The notes below the pieces were generated by a model. The model was given only the letters and a program-made list of their open reading frames with translations, did no database searches and had not been told where the DNA came from. Position numbers and translations under genes: made by a program. A stretch of 63,941 bases of DNA, filler included. It is 8 parts of 8 records of this genome, joined end to end, with 100 filler letters (N's around TTAATTAATTAA, not from the genome) between each part and the next. Parts side by side here need not be neighbours in the genome. Positions count along the whole stretch, not along the records: positions 29,173 to 39,907 come from DRR723986_19049; positions 40,008 to 49,926 come from DRR723986_19050; 6 more parts are not named here. One strand, written 5' to 3'. Positions 30,187 through 41,068 of the stretch are shown here, in pieces. Each line of letters begins with the position of its first letter. The first letter of the stretch is position 1.

Positions 30187-30230
30187 CGGCTCTTTCTCTC
30201 TGCTGCTCTGGTCGCTAGGTTCAACGCGTT

Positions 30231-31550
30231 ATGTTTCGCTGGCTGAAAAACTATATGCCGCGCAGCCTGTATGGGCGCGCTGCGCTCATCTTGATACTGC
30301 CAGTTGTTGTTTTGCAACTGGTTGTATCAGTCGCGTTTCTGGAACGAAACCTTGACGACGTCACGAAACAGATGACCAAGACGGTCGTTCGGGAAATTCT
30401 GATGATTTCTGATCAAGTAGATCAGGCCGAAAACCAACAGGATGTTTTGGCGCAGTTGCGACCTTATTTGTCAGCGCTGCAAATTCAGATGCGGTTTGTG
30501 AATATAGGCGACGTGCCGCAAACGTCGAGTTTGCGGTGGTACGATTATACTGGACGGATCGCCAAAGAGACGGTGATCGAACAATTGCCCACCACGCAGC
30601 AAGTGGTGTTACCAGACAATTTGATGGCCTATATCTTTGTGCAATCCGAACAGGGGATTGTAGAGCTTGCGCTAGATCGCCGCCGCCTGTCTCCGGCTGC
30701 TCCGCATCAGTTGTTTGTGACGATGGTCTTTTTTGGAGTTCTTATGACCTCTATTGCGTTCCTCTACATGCGCAATCAGTTAAGACCAATCACGCGTCTT
30801 GCGACGGCGGCGCAGGCATTTGGGCGTGGTCGTACGGTTCCTTATTCCCCGTCGGGCGCGACCGAAGTTCGCGCCGCAGGCAGTGCCTTCTTGGATATGC
30901 GGGCGCGGATCGAGCGCCAAATTGAACAACGTACTTTGATGCTTTCTGGGGTCAGTCACGATCTAAGAACCCCTTTGACACGGCTCAAGCTTGGGTTGGC
31001 CCTGTTGGATACCGAAGATGATCTTGAGCCATTGTTGAACGATGTTGATGAAATGCAGAGACTTCTGGACGCGTTCTTAGATTTCTCGCGTGGTACTTCC
31101 GAAGCGGAACCCGAACCGGTTGTGCCCTGTCAGTTCGTAAAGCAGATTGTGGATGATGCTAAACGGTCGGGCAAGGATGTCGAGCTGGTTCATTGTGAAG
31201 GGGAAGGATCTGTTTTGTTGCGCACCTTGGCCTTGCGACGTGCCATAGAAAATCTCATCGGGAATGCTGTGCAATATGGAACAAAAGCAGAGGTGAGCAT
31301 TGTTCTGACATCGAGATCACTGCGCATTCGTGTTGAGGATGACGGTCCAGGAATTTCGGCCGAAAAGCGAACAGAAGCTGTGAAGCCTTTTTCAAGATTG
31401 GATCCAGCTCGCAACCAAAATCGTGGGTCCGGAGTGGGGCTGGGATTGGCGATCGTAATTGACATCGCGCGTGCCCATGGAGGGACACTTCGATTGGGTG
31501 ACAGCACGCGTTTGGGTGGGTTGAGCGCGGATATCGTAATTGCCCGCTAA
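30231..31550 (+). CDS. EnvZ-like sensor histidine kinase
   Basis: Two TMs, HAMP, GVSHDLRTPLTR, NLIGNA, DDGPGI, GLGLAI. Confidence 0.92.
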   Translation: MFRWLKNYMPRSLYGRAALILILPVVVLQLVVSVAFLERNLDDVTKQMTKTVVREILMISDQVDQAENQQDVLAQLRPYLSALQIQMRFVNIGDVPQTSSLRWYDYTGRIAKETVIEQLPTTQQVVLPDNLMAYIFVQSEQGIVELALDRRRLSPAAPHQLFVTMVFFGVLMTSIAFLYMRNQLRPITRLATAAQAFGRGRTVPYSPSGATEVRAAGSAFLDMRARIERQIEQRTLMLSGVSHDLRTPLTRLKLGLALLDTEDDLEPLLNDVDEMQRLLDAFLDFSRGTSEAEPEPVVPCQFVKQIVDDAKRSGKDVELVHCEGEGSVLLRTLALRRAIENLIGNAVQYGTKAEVSIVLTSRSLRIRVEDDGPGISAEKRTEAVKPFSRLDPARNQNRGSGVGLGLAIVIDIARAHGGTLRLGDSTRLGGLSADIVIAR

Positions 31551-31582
31551 CAAGGGGTGTGAACGGTAAGGTACATGTTGAG

Positions 31583-32620
31583 CTATTGGTAGCCTGTCAT
31601 TTCAAGGTATCCGACGCCGGTCCGATTGCCTGAGACGTTGACAGGCCCTTCCCAATACGGAAATGAGGTTTCCATCCACGCATTGTTATTTAGGGCTGAA
31701 ATCGTGACATCAACCTGATGTTTGGGCACAGTCAAAGACCATTGGGTCGGAATTTTTCGATCCGAAACCACTGTGGTGGAAAGACGGGACAGATGAATGT
31801 CACTGGACCTTAGCAAAGTGGTTTCACCTGTTGCGGCAACCCATGTCCCTGACAAGAAATCGGATTTTTCTCCACGCAACTGAAACGCCATCAGGCGCGC
31901 GCCATCAGCAAAGGTGAGCGAAAACCAATCCCATCCTGTTTGATCTTTGGACAGCGGCTGCGACGACCATTCTCGGTCAAGCCAGGCAGACCCCGTCACA
32001 GCAACAGAGCCAGAAGGAAGGGTTAATGTGCCTCGAACCTGATAAGCGGGTTGCGCATAATAGTAGCTGGCCTGACCTTGTTCGGACTTGACTGAATACC
32101 CGTTGTCACCGTGCAAAATGATCGGATCTTGAGATGTTAGGTCTAGCTGATAGGAAAACTGCTCGGTCGTGGCTGTCATCGACAGGTTATCGAATGTGGG
32201 CCCATGCAGCTGCCATTCGTCGATCCAGGCGCTGAATGGGGAAGGGGTCACGCCCGCCTGCCCAATACCGCCACGCGCCAGGCGCTCTCCGAAAAAGTGC
32301 TGCTCTGAGGTGGTTAGCGCAGCATGTCCCATCCAAAGCGTTGGATCTTGCCATCCGCTTTGCGGGTGTGGCCGGAGTGCCGAACGGAACAGGGTCCATT
32401 GGACCCCGTATTGCGACCCTGTTTCGTCTTTCAGGTTGGCGGTGACATACCACCACTCGATGCGAAATTTTGGATGGGCACCATGGTCTGTTGGGAAGGT
32501 CAATATATGGCCTCTTACGGGCACGTCGAACCCTTTGGCATCTTGCCCCAAGCCCGCAAAGCCTTGTGCAGTAGCGGCAAAGGGAACCAACATCAGAAAT
32601 ATCAAAAGCTTAACGATCAT
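31583..32620 (-). CDS. AttH/CrtC-like lipocalin-domain protein
   Basis: FPTDHGAHP..RIEWWY, SYYY, WLDREWS, GWDW, YWEG, GYLEMTGY. Confidence 0.88.
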   Translation of the reverse strand: MIVKLLIFLMLVPFAATAQGFAGLGQDAKGFDVPVRGHILTFPTDHGAHPKFRIEWWYVTANLKDETGSQYGVQWTLFRSALRPHPQSGWQDPTLWMGHAALTTSEQHFFGERLARGGIGQAGVTPSPFSAWIDEWQLHGPTFDNLSMTATTEQFSYQLDLTSQDPIILHGDNGYSVKSEQGQASYYYAQPAYQVRGTLTLPSGSVAVTGSAWLDREWSSQPLSKDQTGWDWFSLTFADGARLMAFQLRGEKSDFLSGTWVAATGETTLLRSSDIHLSRLSTTVVSDRKIPTQWSLTVPKHQVDVTISALNNNAWMETSFPYWEGPVNVSGNRTGVGYLEMTGYQ

Positions 32621-35021
32621 TGGTAAACACCTTCAACAGATCCGCAGGTGGCGTGCGGTTCAAGCGTAGCGCGGGCAAGATAGCAGCAATGCCAGCGGCT
32701 AAGAGGGCTACCAGGCCAAGCACAATCCAGTCAGTGGGAAATAAATACAGTGGCAAGCGCCAGCCAAAGGCTTCGACATTGATGACCGTCAGTAACACCC
32801 AAGCCAACACTAAACCAAGAGGCAGGGCCAAGAGTGTTGTCATAGCTGCTAGCGCGAGACTGCGAAGCACCTCAAGTCTGGCGAGTTGTTTTCTGGTGAT
32901 CCCCAAGGCCCACACCGGCGCAACTTGGGGCAGACGCTGCGCCCACATCGTGAGCATGCTGGTCAGTATTGCAAACCCTGCTACACCCAGTGTCAGAACA
33001 TTCAAAGCCCCTGTCACAACAAAGGTTTTGTTAAAGACTGCCATCGATCGTGATTTGAGTTGCCCCTGATCAACCACGGCCTGATCCGGTAAATCAAAAC
33101 GAGAGGTCAACTCTCTGGCGAGTGCGGTAGCCTTATCTGGTGCGACACGCACCCCAAAGCGTTGATTGGGAAGCGAGGGCAGATAATTCAAAAGAAAAGG
33201 CAGGCTTGTAATCGCTTGCGCCGTTGGATTTCCGTAGTCTGAATACACCCCCACAATGGGTAGTGTCCAACTCTCTAAAATGGTTATGCGATCCCCGGGC
33301 CAGATCTGTTCGCGTCGTGCCAATTGTTCGTTGATCAATACGCCCTGACCTCGGGAAACTTTGTCCCAAACCTCGGGTGTTTTGGCAATCAAGGGCCAGT
33401 TGTCGCGGTAGGTCGGGTCATCAACAATACCATAAACAAACAGAGGCTTGTCCTGATATTGGGTTTTGCTGGACCGAATGGGCAAGACAGCATCACTGCG
33501 CGTTGACAGCCAAGCGGCGATTTCCACCCCTTGTGCGTCATCTTTTGCAGTTACATACAATTCAGAAGCCAAACGTTGATCAAGCCAGCCAATAAACGTC
33601 AATCGAAAACTAGAAACCATCGTTCCGACACCAATATTGGCCGCGAGGGCCAGCATGAGGGCCATCATCGCCAATGACAGGCCGGAGAGTTGTGCACGCA
33701 TGTCGGCCCAAATCCATTCACCCAGCGGGGATTGGGCGCGACTTTGTCCATGTCTTAAGGCCTGCTCCAGACACCATGGGAGCAATAGGGCCGTTCCCAT
33801 CATGATACCGGCGAGCATGATGAATCCTGCGATCAGCCCATCGAAAGCCCAGAAAATGGCGATACCTCCAAGGATTAATCCCAGTCCAGCGATAGCTTGG
33901 ATTGGGCGATCAATGCCCTTGGTTGCCCAGGCGTGTACCCCTGGAGCGGCCAGCAAGGGTAATTGAGACAGGCGCCACAAGGCTTGAAAGCTTGCGGCCA
34001 ACGTTCCACAGATGGCCATTCCAAGCCCGGCGGCAACCCAAGATGGACGCAAGCTAAGCGCACCCTCTATCGGAGCGCCATAGAGCCCCCGCAACGTCGC
34101 GGCCACATCGGGCAGCAAAATCCCAGCTATCCCATAGCCCAGCCCCAGACCGATCGCGCCCCCGATCACGGCGAAGACGAGCAACTCGGCCAGCAAGAGC
34201 CGCGTGAGCAGGTGCAAAGGAACGCCCAACGCGCGGAGTGTACGGATCATCCCGCGCCGTTGTTCAAACGCCAAACCGACGGTTCCATGAACGATGAACA
34301 GTCCAACCGCAAAGGACAGCAGTCCAAACGCTGTCAGGTTCAAATGAAAACTGTCCGTAAGACGTGTGGACTGGTCGGTCGCTTGCGCTCTAACACGTCT
34401 CAATTCAGGTGCGATTTCAGTTAATGATGCGCGGTTCAGTGGTTGGTTCGGGAGAACCAGTAAATAGGAAATCTGTCCCGCTTTATTCAACAGACGTTCA
34501 GCAACCCCAATATCCGTCAAGATCGTTTTCGAAGGGACTGACATGGTCTCGATTACTGGCGGCCAACTGTCTTGAGTGCGTAAATTTCGCGCCGATTCTG
34601 GACGTATGAAGAGCCTGCCCGGGGCAGTCAGCGCGTCAACAGGGGCAAGCCCGGCCGTTTGCGAAACCTCGGCAATGGCGGGCAAGTTGGGGTAAGATAG
34701 CAGATCGACCCCCAACACATCATAGGATTGCCCGGGAATCCGCAGCGTGCCAGTTAGAACTGCGGCAACCTGCCAACCATTGCGTCGTAAAGTGACATAG
34801 CGAGATAGTGGTATCGATCCATTTGCAGGGTACAGGCGATCCAACTGCCCAAAAGACAGTTGCGCGTTGGCACGTTTATAACTTGCGCGGGCTTCTGCGT
34901 TGATTGCCTGCACCGCCGACCACAACCCGGTCGCCAGCGCCAGGCCCGTTAGCAAGGTGATAAGCTGTATAGGATGTCGTCTCCAATGGGACCAGAGGGC
35001 TGAGATGACAGGCCAAATCAT
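32610..35021 (-). CDS. FtsX-like ABC permease (AttFG-like)
   Basis: Duplicated FtsX-type architecture, SFHLNLTAF, MVSSFR, INVEAFGW. In an operon with the ATPase and AttH. Confidence 0.88.
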   Translation of the reverse strand: MIWPVISALWSHWRRHPIQLITLLTGLALATGLWSAVQAINAEARASYKRANAQLSFGQLDRLYPANGSIPLSRYVTLRRNGWQVAAVLTGTLRIPGQSYDVLGVDLLSYPNLPAIAEVSQTAGLAPVDALTAPGRLFIRPESARNLRTQDSWPPVIETMSVPSKTILTDIGVAERLLNKAGQISYLLVLPNQPLNRASLTEIAPELRRVRAQATDQSTRLTDSFHLNLTAFGLLSFAVGLFIVHGTVGLAFEQRRGMIRTLRALGVPLHLLTRLLLAELLVFAVIGGAIGLGLGYGIAGILLPDVAATLRGLYGAPIEGALSLRPSWVAAGLGMAICGTLAASFQALWRLSQLPLLAAPGVHAWATKGIDRPIQAIAGLGLILGGIAIFWAFDGLIAGFIMLAGIMMGTALLLPWCLEQALRHGQSRAQSPLGEWIWADMRAQLSGLSLAMMALMLALAANIGVGTMVSSFRLTFIGWLDQRLASELYVTAKDDAQGVEIAAWLSTRSDAVLPIRSSKTQYQDKPLFVYGIVDDPTYRDNWPLIAKTPEVWDKVSRGQGVLINEQLARREQIWPGDRITILESWTLPIVGVYSDYGNPTAQAITSLPFLLNYLPSLPNQRFGVRVAPDKATALARELTSRFDLPDQAVVDQGQLKSRSMAVFNKTFVVTGALNVLTLGVAGFAILTSMLTMWAQRLPQVAPVWALGITRKQLARLEVLRSLALAAMTTLLALPLGLVLAWVLLTVINVEAFGWRLPLYLFPTDWIVLGLVALLAAGIAAILPALRLNRTPPADLLKVFTNDR

Positions 35022-35665
35022 GTGATCTGTCCATCCGCCAAGTGTATGCGATGGTCCAGCTGATCCGCGATCGCATTGGAATGGGTGACCAAAAGCAACG
35101 CCGCGCCGGTTTCTCGAACCAATTCCAACATCAGGGCCATGACAGCTTTGCTGGCGGTGCCATCTAGATTTCCAGTTGGTTCATCAGCCAACAAAAGCGC
35201 GGGTTTCAACGCAAGCGCACGACCGATTGCAACCCGTTGTTGTTGACCACCTGACAAGTGCTCAGGGTAACGCGACAACAACGGCATAAGGCCCAATCGC
35301 TCAGTAAGGTAAGCGATCCACTCTGGGCTGACCCTATGTCCAAGGCGCGCATGAAAGGACAGATTTTGTTCAACGCTAAGAGAAGGGATCAGATTGAATT
35401 GCTGAAACACCAGCGCAACCTGCGTTCGTCGTAATTCCGCCCGCCCCGCATCATCGAGCGTTGAGTATTTGGCAGTCCCAAGTGTGATTTCGCCTTTGTC
35501 AAATTCATCCAGTGCCGCCACCAGATTCAAAAGGGTGCTTTTTCCGCTGCCGCTTTCACCTGTGAGTGCCAGAGTATCGCCTTGTTCCATCGCCATTGAA
35601 ACGTTTTGCAACACCGGCCGTGATCCGGGGTATGATTTACTGACCTGGTCAACAGACAACAACAT
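35018..35665 (-). CDS. ABC transporter ATP-binding protein (LolD/AttE-like)
   Basis: GESGSGKST, LSGGQQQR, LADEPTGNLD. Confidence 0.93.
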   Translation of the reverse strand: MLLSVDQVSKSYPGSRPVLQNVSMAMEQGDTLALTGESGSGKSTLLNLVAALDEFDKGEITLGTAKYSTLDDAGRAELRRTQVALVFQQFNLIPSLSVEQNLSFHARLGHRVSPEWIAYLTERLGLMPLLSRYPEHLSGGQQQRVAIGRALALKPALLLADEPTGNLDGTASKAVMALMLELVRETGAALLLVTHSNAIADQLDHRIHLADGQIT

Positions 35666-35843
35666 GTATCGGGGCCTTTATTCGATTTCTTAAAGGGATA
35701 GTGGGGCAAATCCCCTGCCAGTCCAGACCAATTGGGCGCCATGCTGCTTTTGGGCGCGGGGTAGTACACGGATTGGGCTTGCGATCTGTTCGATACAACA
35801 GGAAGTATGTACCAAGAATAACCAAAACAGGAGCAAATCCAGC

Positions 35844-36278
35844 GTGTCGTTGCCACTTCAAATTATGTGGGGTAGTTTTTACCTTGGGGTTTGCTTTGTT
35901 GTTGAACTAGGTCTTTTGGTGTGGTGCTCGCTCACGATTCAGGCATTTGCCCATCATTGGCATCGGTATTCTCACATGATCAGAATTGCCGCGCCCATTG
36001 CATTTACTCTGTTTTGCGTTGTGCTGGCCCATACCATTCAGGTTTGGATCTGGGCCGGGGCATGGATAATCGGTGACGTGATGCCGGATTGGAATTCAGC
36101 TCTCTACTTCTCTCTCGTGACCTATACGACCTTGGGGTACGGTGACATCGTACTCGGGCCCGGACTTAGAATTTTTGGGGCGTTTGCGTCGGTCGCCGGA
36201 TTGTTGGCATTTGGGTTGTCGACGGCATATATGGTGGCCTTGATGACACGCCTGTTTGAAGGAAAACTGCCGCGTTAA
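35844..36278 (+). CDS. Two-TM-pore ion (K+) channel domain protein
   Basis: YFSLVTYTTLGYGD selectivity filter. GTG start after GGAG. Confidence 0.85.
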   Translation: MSLPLQIMWGSFYLGVCFVVELGLLVWCSLTIQAFAHHWHRYSHMIRIAAPIAFTLFCVVLAHTIQVWIWAGAWIIGDVMPDWNSALYFSLVTYTTLGYGDIVLGPGLRIFGAFASVAGLLAFGLSTAYMVALMTRLFEGKLPR

Positions 36279-37690
36279 AGAATTGGCGAAAACAATCGCG
36301 CCAATGGAGCCCCGTAGCGGATATAGGCTGGTTGTAGTGACAGAGGTTTGACCAACTCGGTGCTTTGCAGAAAATCCTGTTCCAACATAGCATGGACCTG
36401 GGTGGCAGCATCAGCATCGAAAAACAGCGCCATCGCTTCAAAATTCAAGCGGAATGAGCGGTTGTCCAAGTTGGTTGTGCCGACCGCAGCCAGAGCATTA
36501 TCAACGAGAAATACTTTTTGATGCATGAAGCCATCATCGGAATACCGAAACACCCGCACCCCAGTTTCACAAATCTCATCAAAATACGCGTAGGCAGCAA
36601 GCCATGGGGTTTTGTGATCGATTTTGTCTGGAACCAACAGGCGCACATCAACTCCGCGGAACGCGGCATTTTTTAAGGCTGCCAAAACATCGATGTCTGG
36701 CACGAAATAGGGCGAGGCGATCCAGATCCGTTCCTGCGCAGCTGCGATTGCAGAAAAGAACAACATTGATCCTGTTTCTGTTTGATCACCGGGTCCGGTC
36801 GCAACCAACAGTGCATTCTTGTCTGCAGGGTCTGTCGTTGTCTGCCAATCGAGTTGATCTAACAACTCTTCGTCGTTGGCCCAATGCCAGTCTTCAGCAA
36901 AAATTAGCTGCAACTGTAGGACGATAGGGCCAGTCAATCGCACATGCGTGTCACGCCAGTGACCCATTTCAGGATCTTGCCCAATATATTCGACACCGAC
37001 ATTGTGCCCGCCGGTAAACCCGACTTTCCCGTCAATTATTACAGTTTTTCTGTGGTTCCTATAGTTGAGCTGAAAGCGAAATTTCGGGCCGCGTTGTTCT
37101 GAAGGAATAACAACATCGATACCGGCATCTTGCATGTCTTCGTAATAAGTACGGGGCAGGGAGTAGCTGCCAACAGCGTCGGTTAGAAAGCGTACGTGAA
37201 CCCCGCGCGCCGCCGCTTCGATCAACTTATCTTGCAAATCCAGTCCCAAATCATCGTCTCGAACGATATAGAACTGAACCAGAATATAGTTTTGTGCGGC
37301 GTCTATGGCTTCAAAGATAGACTGAAAGGTCGCGTCGCCATCTATCAAAAGCTCCATGTTGTTGCCGCAGGTAACAGGTAGGTTTGAGATCGCTTCGAAA
37401 GGGCGCACGTTCATGGTTAGGGTATGAGCTTGGGGTGCCCGTTGGGCCGCAAACGTCTTGAGGCCTTGCATAACGCGCTGACTCTCGCGACGAGATATCC
37501 GATACCCTTTGAACCGGTGATGTCCAAGAAACAAATATGAAGGGACTGCAAGCCACGGAATTGTAAGCAGAAAGACCACCCATCCTACTGCGCCTTGTGG
37601 CGTTCGGGCTGTCTGAGCTGCACGGACGGCGGAAATCACCGCCGCGACGTACAGCCCAATTACAAAAAACGAGGCGAGAAAGGCCCACAT
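36275..37690 (-). CDS. cls: Cardiolipin synthase
   Basis: Two HKD motifs (RNHRKTVIID; HQKVFLVD) and N-terminal TMs. Confidence 0.93.
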   Translation of the reverse strand: MWAFLASFFVIGLYVAAVISAVRAAQTARTPQGAVGWVVFLLTIPWLAVPSYLFLGHHRFKGYRISRRESQRVMQGLKTFAAQRAPQAHTLTMNVRPFEAISNLPVTCGNNMELLIDGDATFQSIFEAIDAAQNYILVQFYIVRDDDLGLDLQDKLIEAAARGVHVRFLTDAVGSYSLPRTYYEDMQDAGIDVVIPSEQRGPKFRFQLNYRNHRKTVIIDGKVGFTGGHNVGVEYIGQDPEMGHWRDTHVRLTGPIVLQLQLIFAEDWHWANDEELLDQLDWQTTTDPADKNALLVATGPGDQTETGSMLFFSAIAAAQERIWIASPYFVPDIDVLAALKNAAFRGVDVRLLVPDKIDHKTPWLAAYAYFDEICETGVRVFRYSDDGFMHQKVFLVDNALAAVGTTNLDNRSFRLNFEAMALFFDADAATQVHAMLEQDFLQSTELVKPLSLQPAYIRYGAPLARLFSPIL

Positions 37691-37711
37691 GGCTCCCTCC
37701 TGTTACAGGCG

Positions 37712-38716
37712 TTATTTGGCTCCAGTGTAGATGCGGGACCAATCTTTTGCCATATCTACGATAAGCCATCCAAGATCGGGGCCGAGATCGAGACCGTCGT
37801 TTAAGCGACCGATGTGGCCCTCACGGTCATAGGCGTATTCCCGTTGTGCGTCGGTGTGGTGAACCAGCATACCAAATCGCGGCCCATCCCCTGCAGTGGT
37901 CCATTCCAGCATTGCAAAATCCCCATCAGAATTGCCAGCCGCAAAAATCGGACGTTTTCCAAGGGTGCGTTCAATGTTGATTGGTTTCCCTTCTTTGTCG
38001 TCAACAAAGGCAATACCGGGAGTTTTTACGAGGACAGGCTTTCCCTCGATCACCTGATACTCAACATTTGTGTATGTTCCCAACACCTGTTCGGGTGGGA
38101 TGCCGTAGGCTTCTTCGGCAAACACCCGCATGAAGTGGATGCCGCCGCCAGAAACGATGTAGGTTTTGAAATCTTCGTCGCGCAAATAGCGCAACAATTC
38201 TGTCATCGGCTGATAGGTCATGTCGTCATAGCCCATGCCCGTATCAGGATGATCGGCGGTCTTGACCCATTCGCGCACAGCAGATTGAAACGCTTGGACG
38301 GTCATACCAGAGTGAGATGCATCAAGAATTTCAAACAAGGCCTCGGTGCCGCCTTGAGCGACAGCTTTCAGATCGCCAGCAACGGCGGATCGCAAAATAT
38401 CTGTTTTAAGGACTGAGGGATCTTCGTCTGCCAATTTGCGCAATTGATCAATGGCAAAATAGAGTTGAAAATATACAGGCTGTTCTGCCCAAAGTGTTCC
38501 GTCATTGTCGAAAACGGCGACACGATCAGATGGGGTGACGTATTGGGCTGAAACGGGGTCGGTCACTTTGTCTACAAACGCTATGATCCGTGATTTGGCC
38601 TCGGTGTCGGTCCAAGACGGCAGAGGGTCTGCCAGACCAGCAGTTGCGAACAAAACTGCGATACTTGTTGAACTTGCGAGGTGTTTGAAATCGACGCCGA
38701 TCATGGAAAGCTCCAT
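37712..38716 (-). CDS. Secreted HAD-family hydrolase / nonspecific acid phosphatase
   Basis: Signal peptide, FDNDGTLW, IVSGGG, AGNSDGD. Confidence 0.88.
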   Translation of the reverse strand: MELSMIGVDFKHLASSTSIAVLFATAGLADPLPSWTDTEAKSRIIAFVDKVTDPVSAQYVTPSDRVAVFDNDGTLWAEQPVYFQLYFAIDQLRKLADEDPSVLKTDILRSAVAGDLKAVAQGGTEALFEILDASHSGMTVQAFQSAVREWVKTADHPDTGMGYDDMTYQPMTELLRYLRDEDFKTYIVSGGGIHFMRVFAEEAYGIPPEQVLGTYTNVEYQVIEGKPVLVKTPGIAFVDDKEGKPINIERTLGKRPIFAAGNSDGDFAMLEWTTAGDGPRFGMLVHHTDAQREYAYDREGHIGRLNDGLDLGPDLGWLIVDMAKDWSRIYTGAK

Positions 38717-38797
38717 TTGTAGAATTAGCTAACAGCCATAAGGGCCGGGAAAAAGAAAGAGGCGCAACATTAGCTGCGCCTCTGTTGTTTCAGTGGT

Positions 38798-39907
38798 TTA
38801 CTTGGAACCGACCTGAGACAAGATTTTTGTTTTCGCATCACCGATGGTGAAGCTGCCGGGTTTCTGGCGTGGTGGGAACGCTTCGAATGTTGCAAGGAAC
38901 TGGGAAACATAGTCAGCAGCTGGCAACAGCAGGAAGACGTGATCCAGATACCAGTCCCAATACGTGTTCGATGTAATGTTCGAACGCTCATAGGGATCGC
39001 GGCGCAGGTTGAACAGCAATGGAATACGCAGTTCGGTCCAAGGCTCGGCCCAGGCGCGCAGAGTCTGCGGGAACCGATGCTCAAGGAAGATTACCTTCCA
39101 ATCGTTGTAGCGCAGAGCTGTCAGGTCGCCATCATCCGAGAAGTAGAACACTTCTTTGCGCGGTGTGGTTTCCTCTTCACCCATCAGGTAGGGCAGGGTG
39201 TTGTAGCCGTCTAGGTGCACTTTGTATTCACGGCCAATGGCTTCGACGCCACCTTCAAGAAGCTGTTCCTTGATCTGTGGTTCACCCGCCATGGCAACAA
39301 AGGTAGGCAGCCAATCCATGTGGTGCATGATTTCGTTGGAAACCGTGCCAGATTGAACTTTGCCGGGCCAACGTACCATTGCAGGCACACGCCAGCCACC
39401 TTCCCAGTTGGTGTTCTTTTCACCGCGGAATGGCGTCATGGCCGCATCGGGCCAGCTGTTCATGTGTGGGCCGTTGTCGGTGGAATACAGCACAAGAGTT
39501 TCATCCGCGATGCCCATTTCGTCGAGCATATCAAGGAATTGGCCGATGTGCATGTCGTGCTCGACCATGCCGTCGCCATACTCATCCTGGCCAGAAATGC
39601 CACGCAATTCAGGTTTGACGTGTGTCCGGAAATGCATTCGGGTGCCAGACCACCAGACGAACCAAGGAACATCCTGCTCTTCTTGACGCTTAATAAAGTC
39701 CAAAGCTGCGGCAACGGTTTCGTCATCGACAGTTTCCATACGCTTTTTGGTAAGCGGGCCTGTGTCTTCGATGGTGCCGTCTGCTTTTGATTTGATCACA
39801 CCACGTGGGCCGAAACGTTCACGGAACGCAGGATCAGTTGGGTAATCTTCCAGTTCTGGCTCTTCTTCGGCGTTCAAGTGGTAGAGATTGCCAAAGAATT
39901 CATCAAA
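38798..39907 (-). CDS. Arylsulfatase (5' truncated)
   Basis: STDNG, FRGEKNTNWEGGWRVP, DWLPT, LDG, NLRRDPYE. Confidence 0.93.
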   Translation of the reverse strand, partial: FDEFFGNLYHLNAEEEPELEDYPTDPAFRERFGPRGVIKSKADGTIEDTGPLTKKRMETVDDETVAAALDFIKRQEEQDVPWFVWWSGTRMHFRTHVKPELRGISGQDEYGDGMVEHDMHIGQFLDMLDEMGIADETLVLYSTDNGPHMNSWPDAAMTPFRGEKNTNWEGGWRVPAMVRWPGKVQSGTVSNEIMHHMDWLPTFVAMAGEPQIKEQLLEGGVEAIGREYKVHLDGYNTLPYLMGEEETTPRKEVFYFSDDGDLTALRYNDWKVIFLEHRFPQTLRAWAEPWTELRIPLLFNLRRDPYERSNITSNTYWDWYLDHVFLLLPAADYVSQFLATFEAFPPRQKPGSFTIGDAKTKILSQVGSK

Positions 39908-40007
39908 NNNNNNNNNNNNNNNNNNNNNNNNNNNNNNNNNNNNNNNNNNNNTTAATTAATTAANNNNNNNNNNNNNNNNNNNNNNNNNNNNNNNNNNNNN
40001 NNNNNNN
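39908..40007. other. Artificial contig linker
   Basis: N44-TTAATTAATTAA-N44. Confidence 0.99.
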
Positions 40008-40323
40008 AAAGACTATGAGACTGCGCCAAGAATGACATCAGGCTGACACCTAAGAATGTTAATTCTTGCAGTGCACTCATAGAGCAACAGCTGACCAGAA
40101 GTGTCGAGTCACAGAATACTACGTTGATTTCAATCGTAGATTTTTTTGAGTGTAATAAACTTGTATAATCTGCCACAAGTCTCAATTCAGTCTCAAACTC
40201 TTGAGAATTCCGGCCCAAAAACTACCAAAAAAAATCATCGAGCCTGAGATGCGAACGTAGTGAGAAGCTCAAAGCGCTCAAGTCATAAACCACAAGTCGA
40301 ATCAGCAGATAAGTCTGTTAAAC

Positions 40324-40358
40324 AAAAAGCCGACCCGCAAGAACGGCAAGTCGGCTTT
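40324..40358 (-). terminator. Intrinsic terminator
   Basis: AAAGCCGAC/GTCGGCTTT stem with a minus-strand T run, downstream of the 126-aa membrane protein. Confidence 0.65.
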
Positions 40359-40436
40359 GAGAATTCGATAAACTGAGTGCAAATTTTAACCACAGCAGGC
40401 AAACTATAACTCTGATCGTATTTGCCCAAGGGCTAA

Positions 40437-40817
40437 TTATTCGGCAGCGGCATTGCGGGCACGGCGCGCTGCAATAAAGGACCGGACGGCAGCCACCAGA
40501 TAAATCAGACTTAACACAAATGTGATGCCCTGAGAAGTCACGGCCAGCGGACGAGCAGCATCAACACCAAACGGCATTTGTATGAAGGCCAGAAAACCTT
40601 TGCCCGTACCTAAAATACCGAGGAGCGCAATTATTGACGTAACGTGCATGGCGTGTTTACGCAGATTTTCCTTGGAGCCCATGACGGCCATGGCAATGTA
40701 AATCAAACCAAAAGCGGCGGGAATAAATGCGGTGGGGCTTTTTTCCTCCGCCACAAGATAACCGACAATTCCAAGCAAGATCAAGAGGGTGCCGACGACG
40801 TAGGTAAGACGTATCAT
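40437..40817 (-). CDS. Small 4-TM membrane protein (TMEM14-like)
   Basis: AAGGA SD, four hydrophobic helices, S.TAFIP, RKHAMH, SFIAARR. Confidence 0.75.
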   Translation of the reverse strand: MIRLTYVVGTLLILLGIVGYLVAEEKSPTAFIPAAFGLIYIAMAVMGSKENLRKHAMHVTSIIALLGILGTGKGFLAFIQMPFGVDAARPLAVTSQGITFVLSLIYLVAAVRSFIAARRARNAAAE

Positions 40818-41068
40818 TCCGTTTCCTTTCGGGAAATTTTGCTTGCGGTTAGGTAAGTTGGAGACGGCGGGTTCACCGCAGGGAGCGCCGCAATTGCTTA
40901 GGACACGTTCCAGATGATGGGACATTGTCAAAGCCGGGCGAAAATCCAGGGAATTGGCTCTGTATACCAATTCAGAGCCGGTTTAAAACAGACAGGCACG
41001 ATCACCTGGGGCGACCGTGCCTGCAAACGAAGCGAATAACTCAAAAGCTGCGTGTCACAAAAAGAAGC

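Noticed and set aside
31583-35665. ABC ATPase-permease-lipocalin operon as a novel system
   Set aside because: Matches the widespread AttEFGH-like arrangement.
40008-40218. ORF running into the linker at the start of contig 6
   Set aside because: TTG start, no recognisable domain, partly made of N codons.
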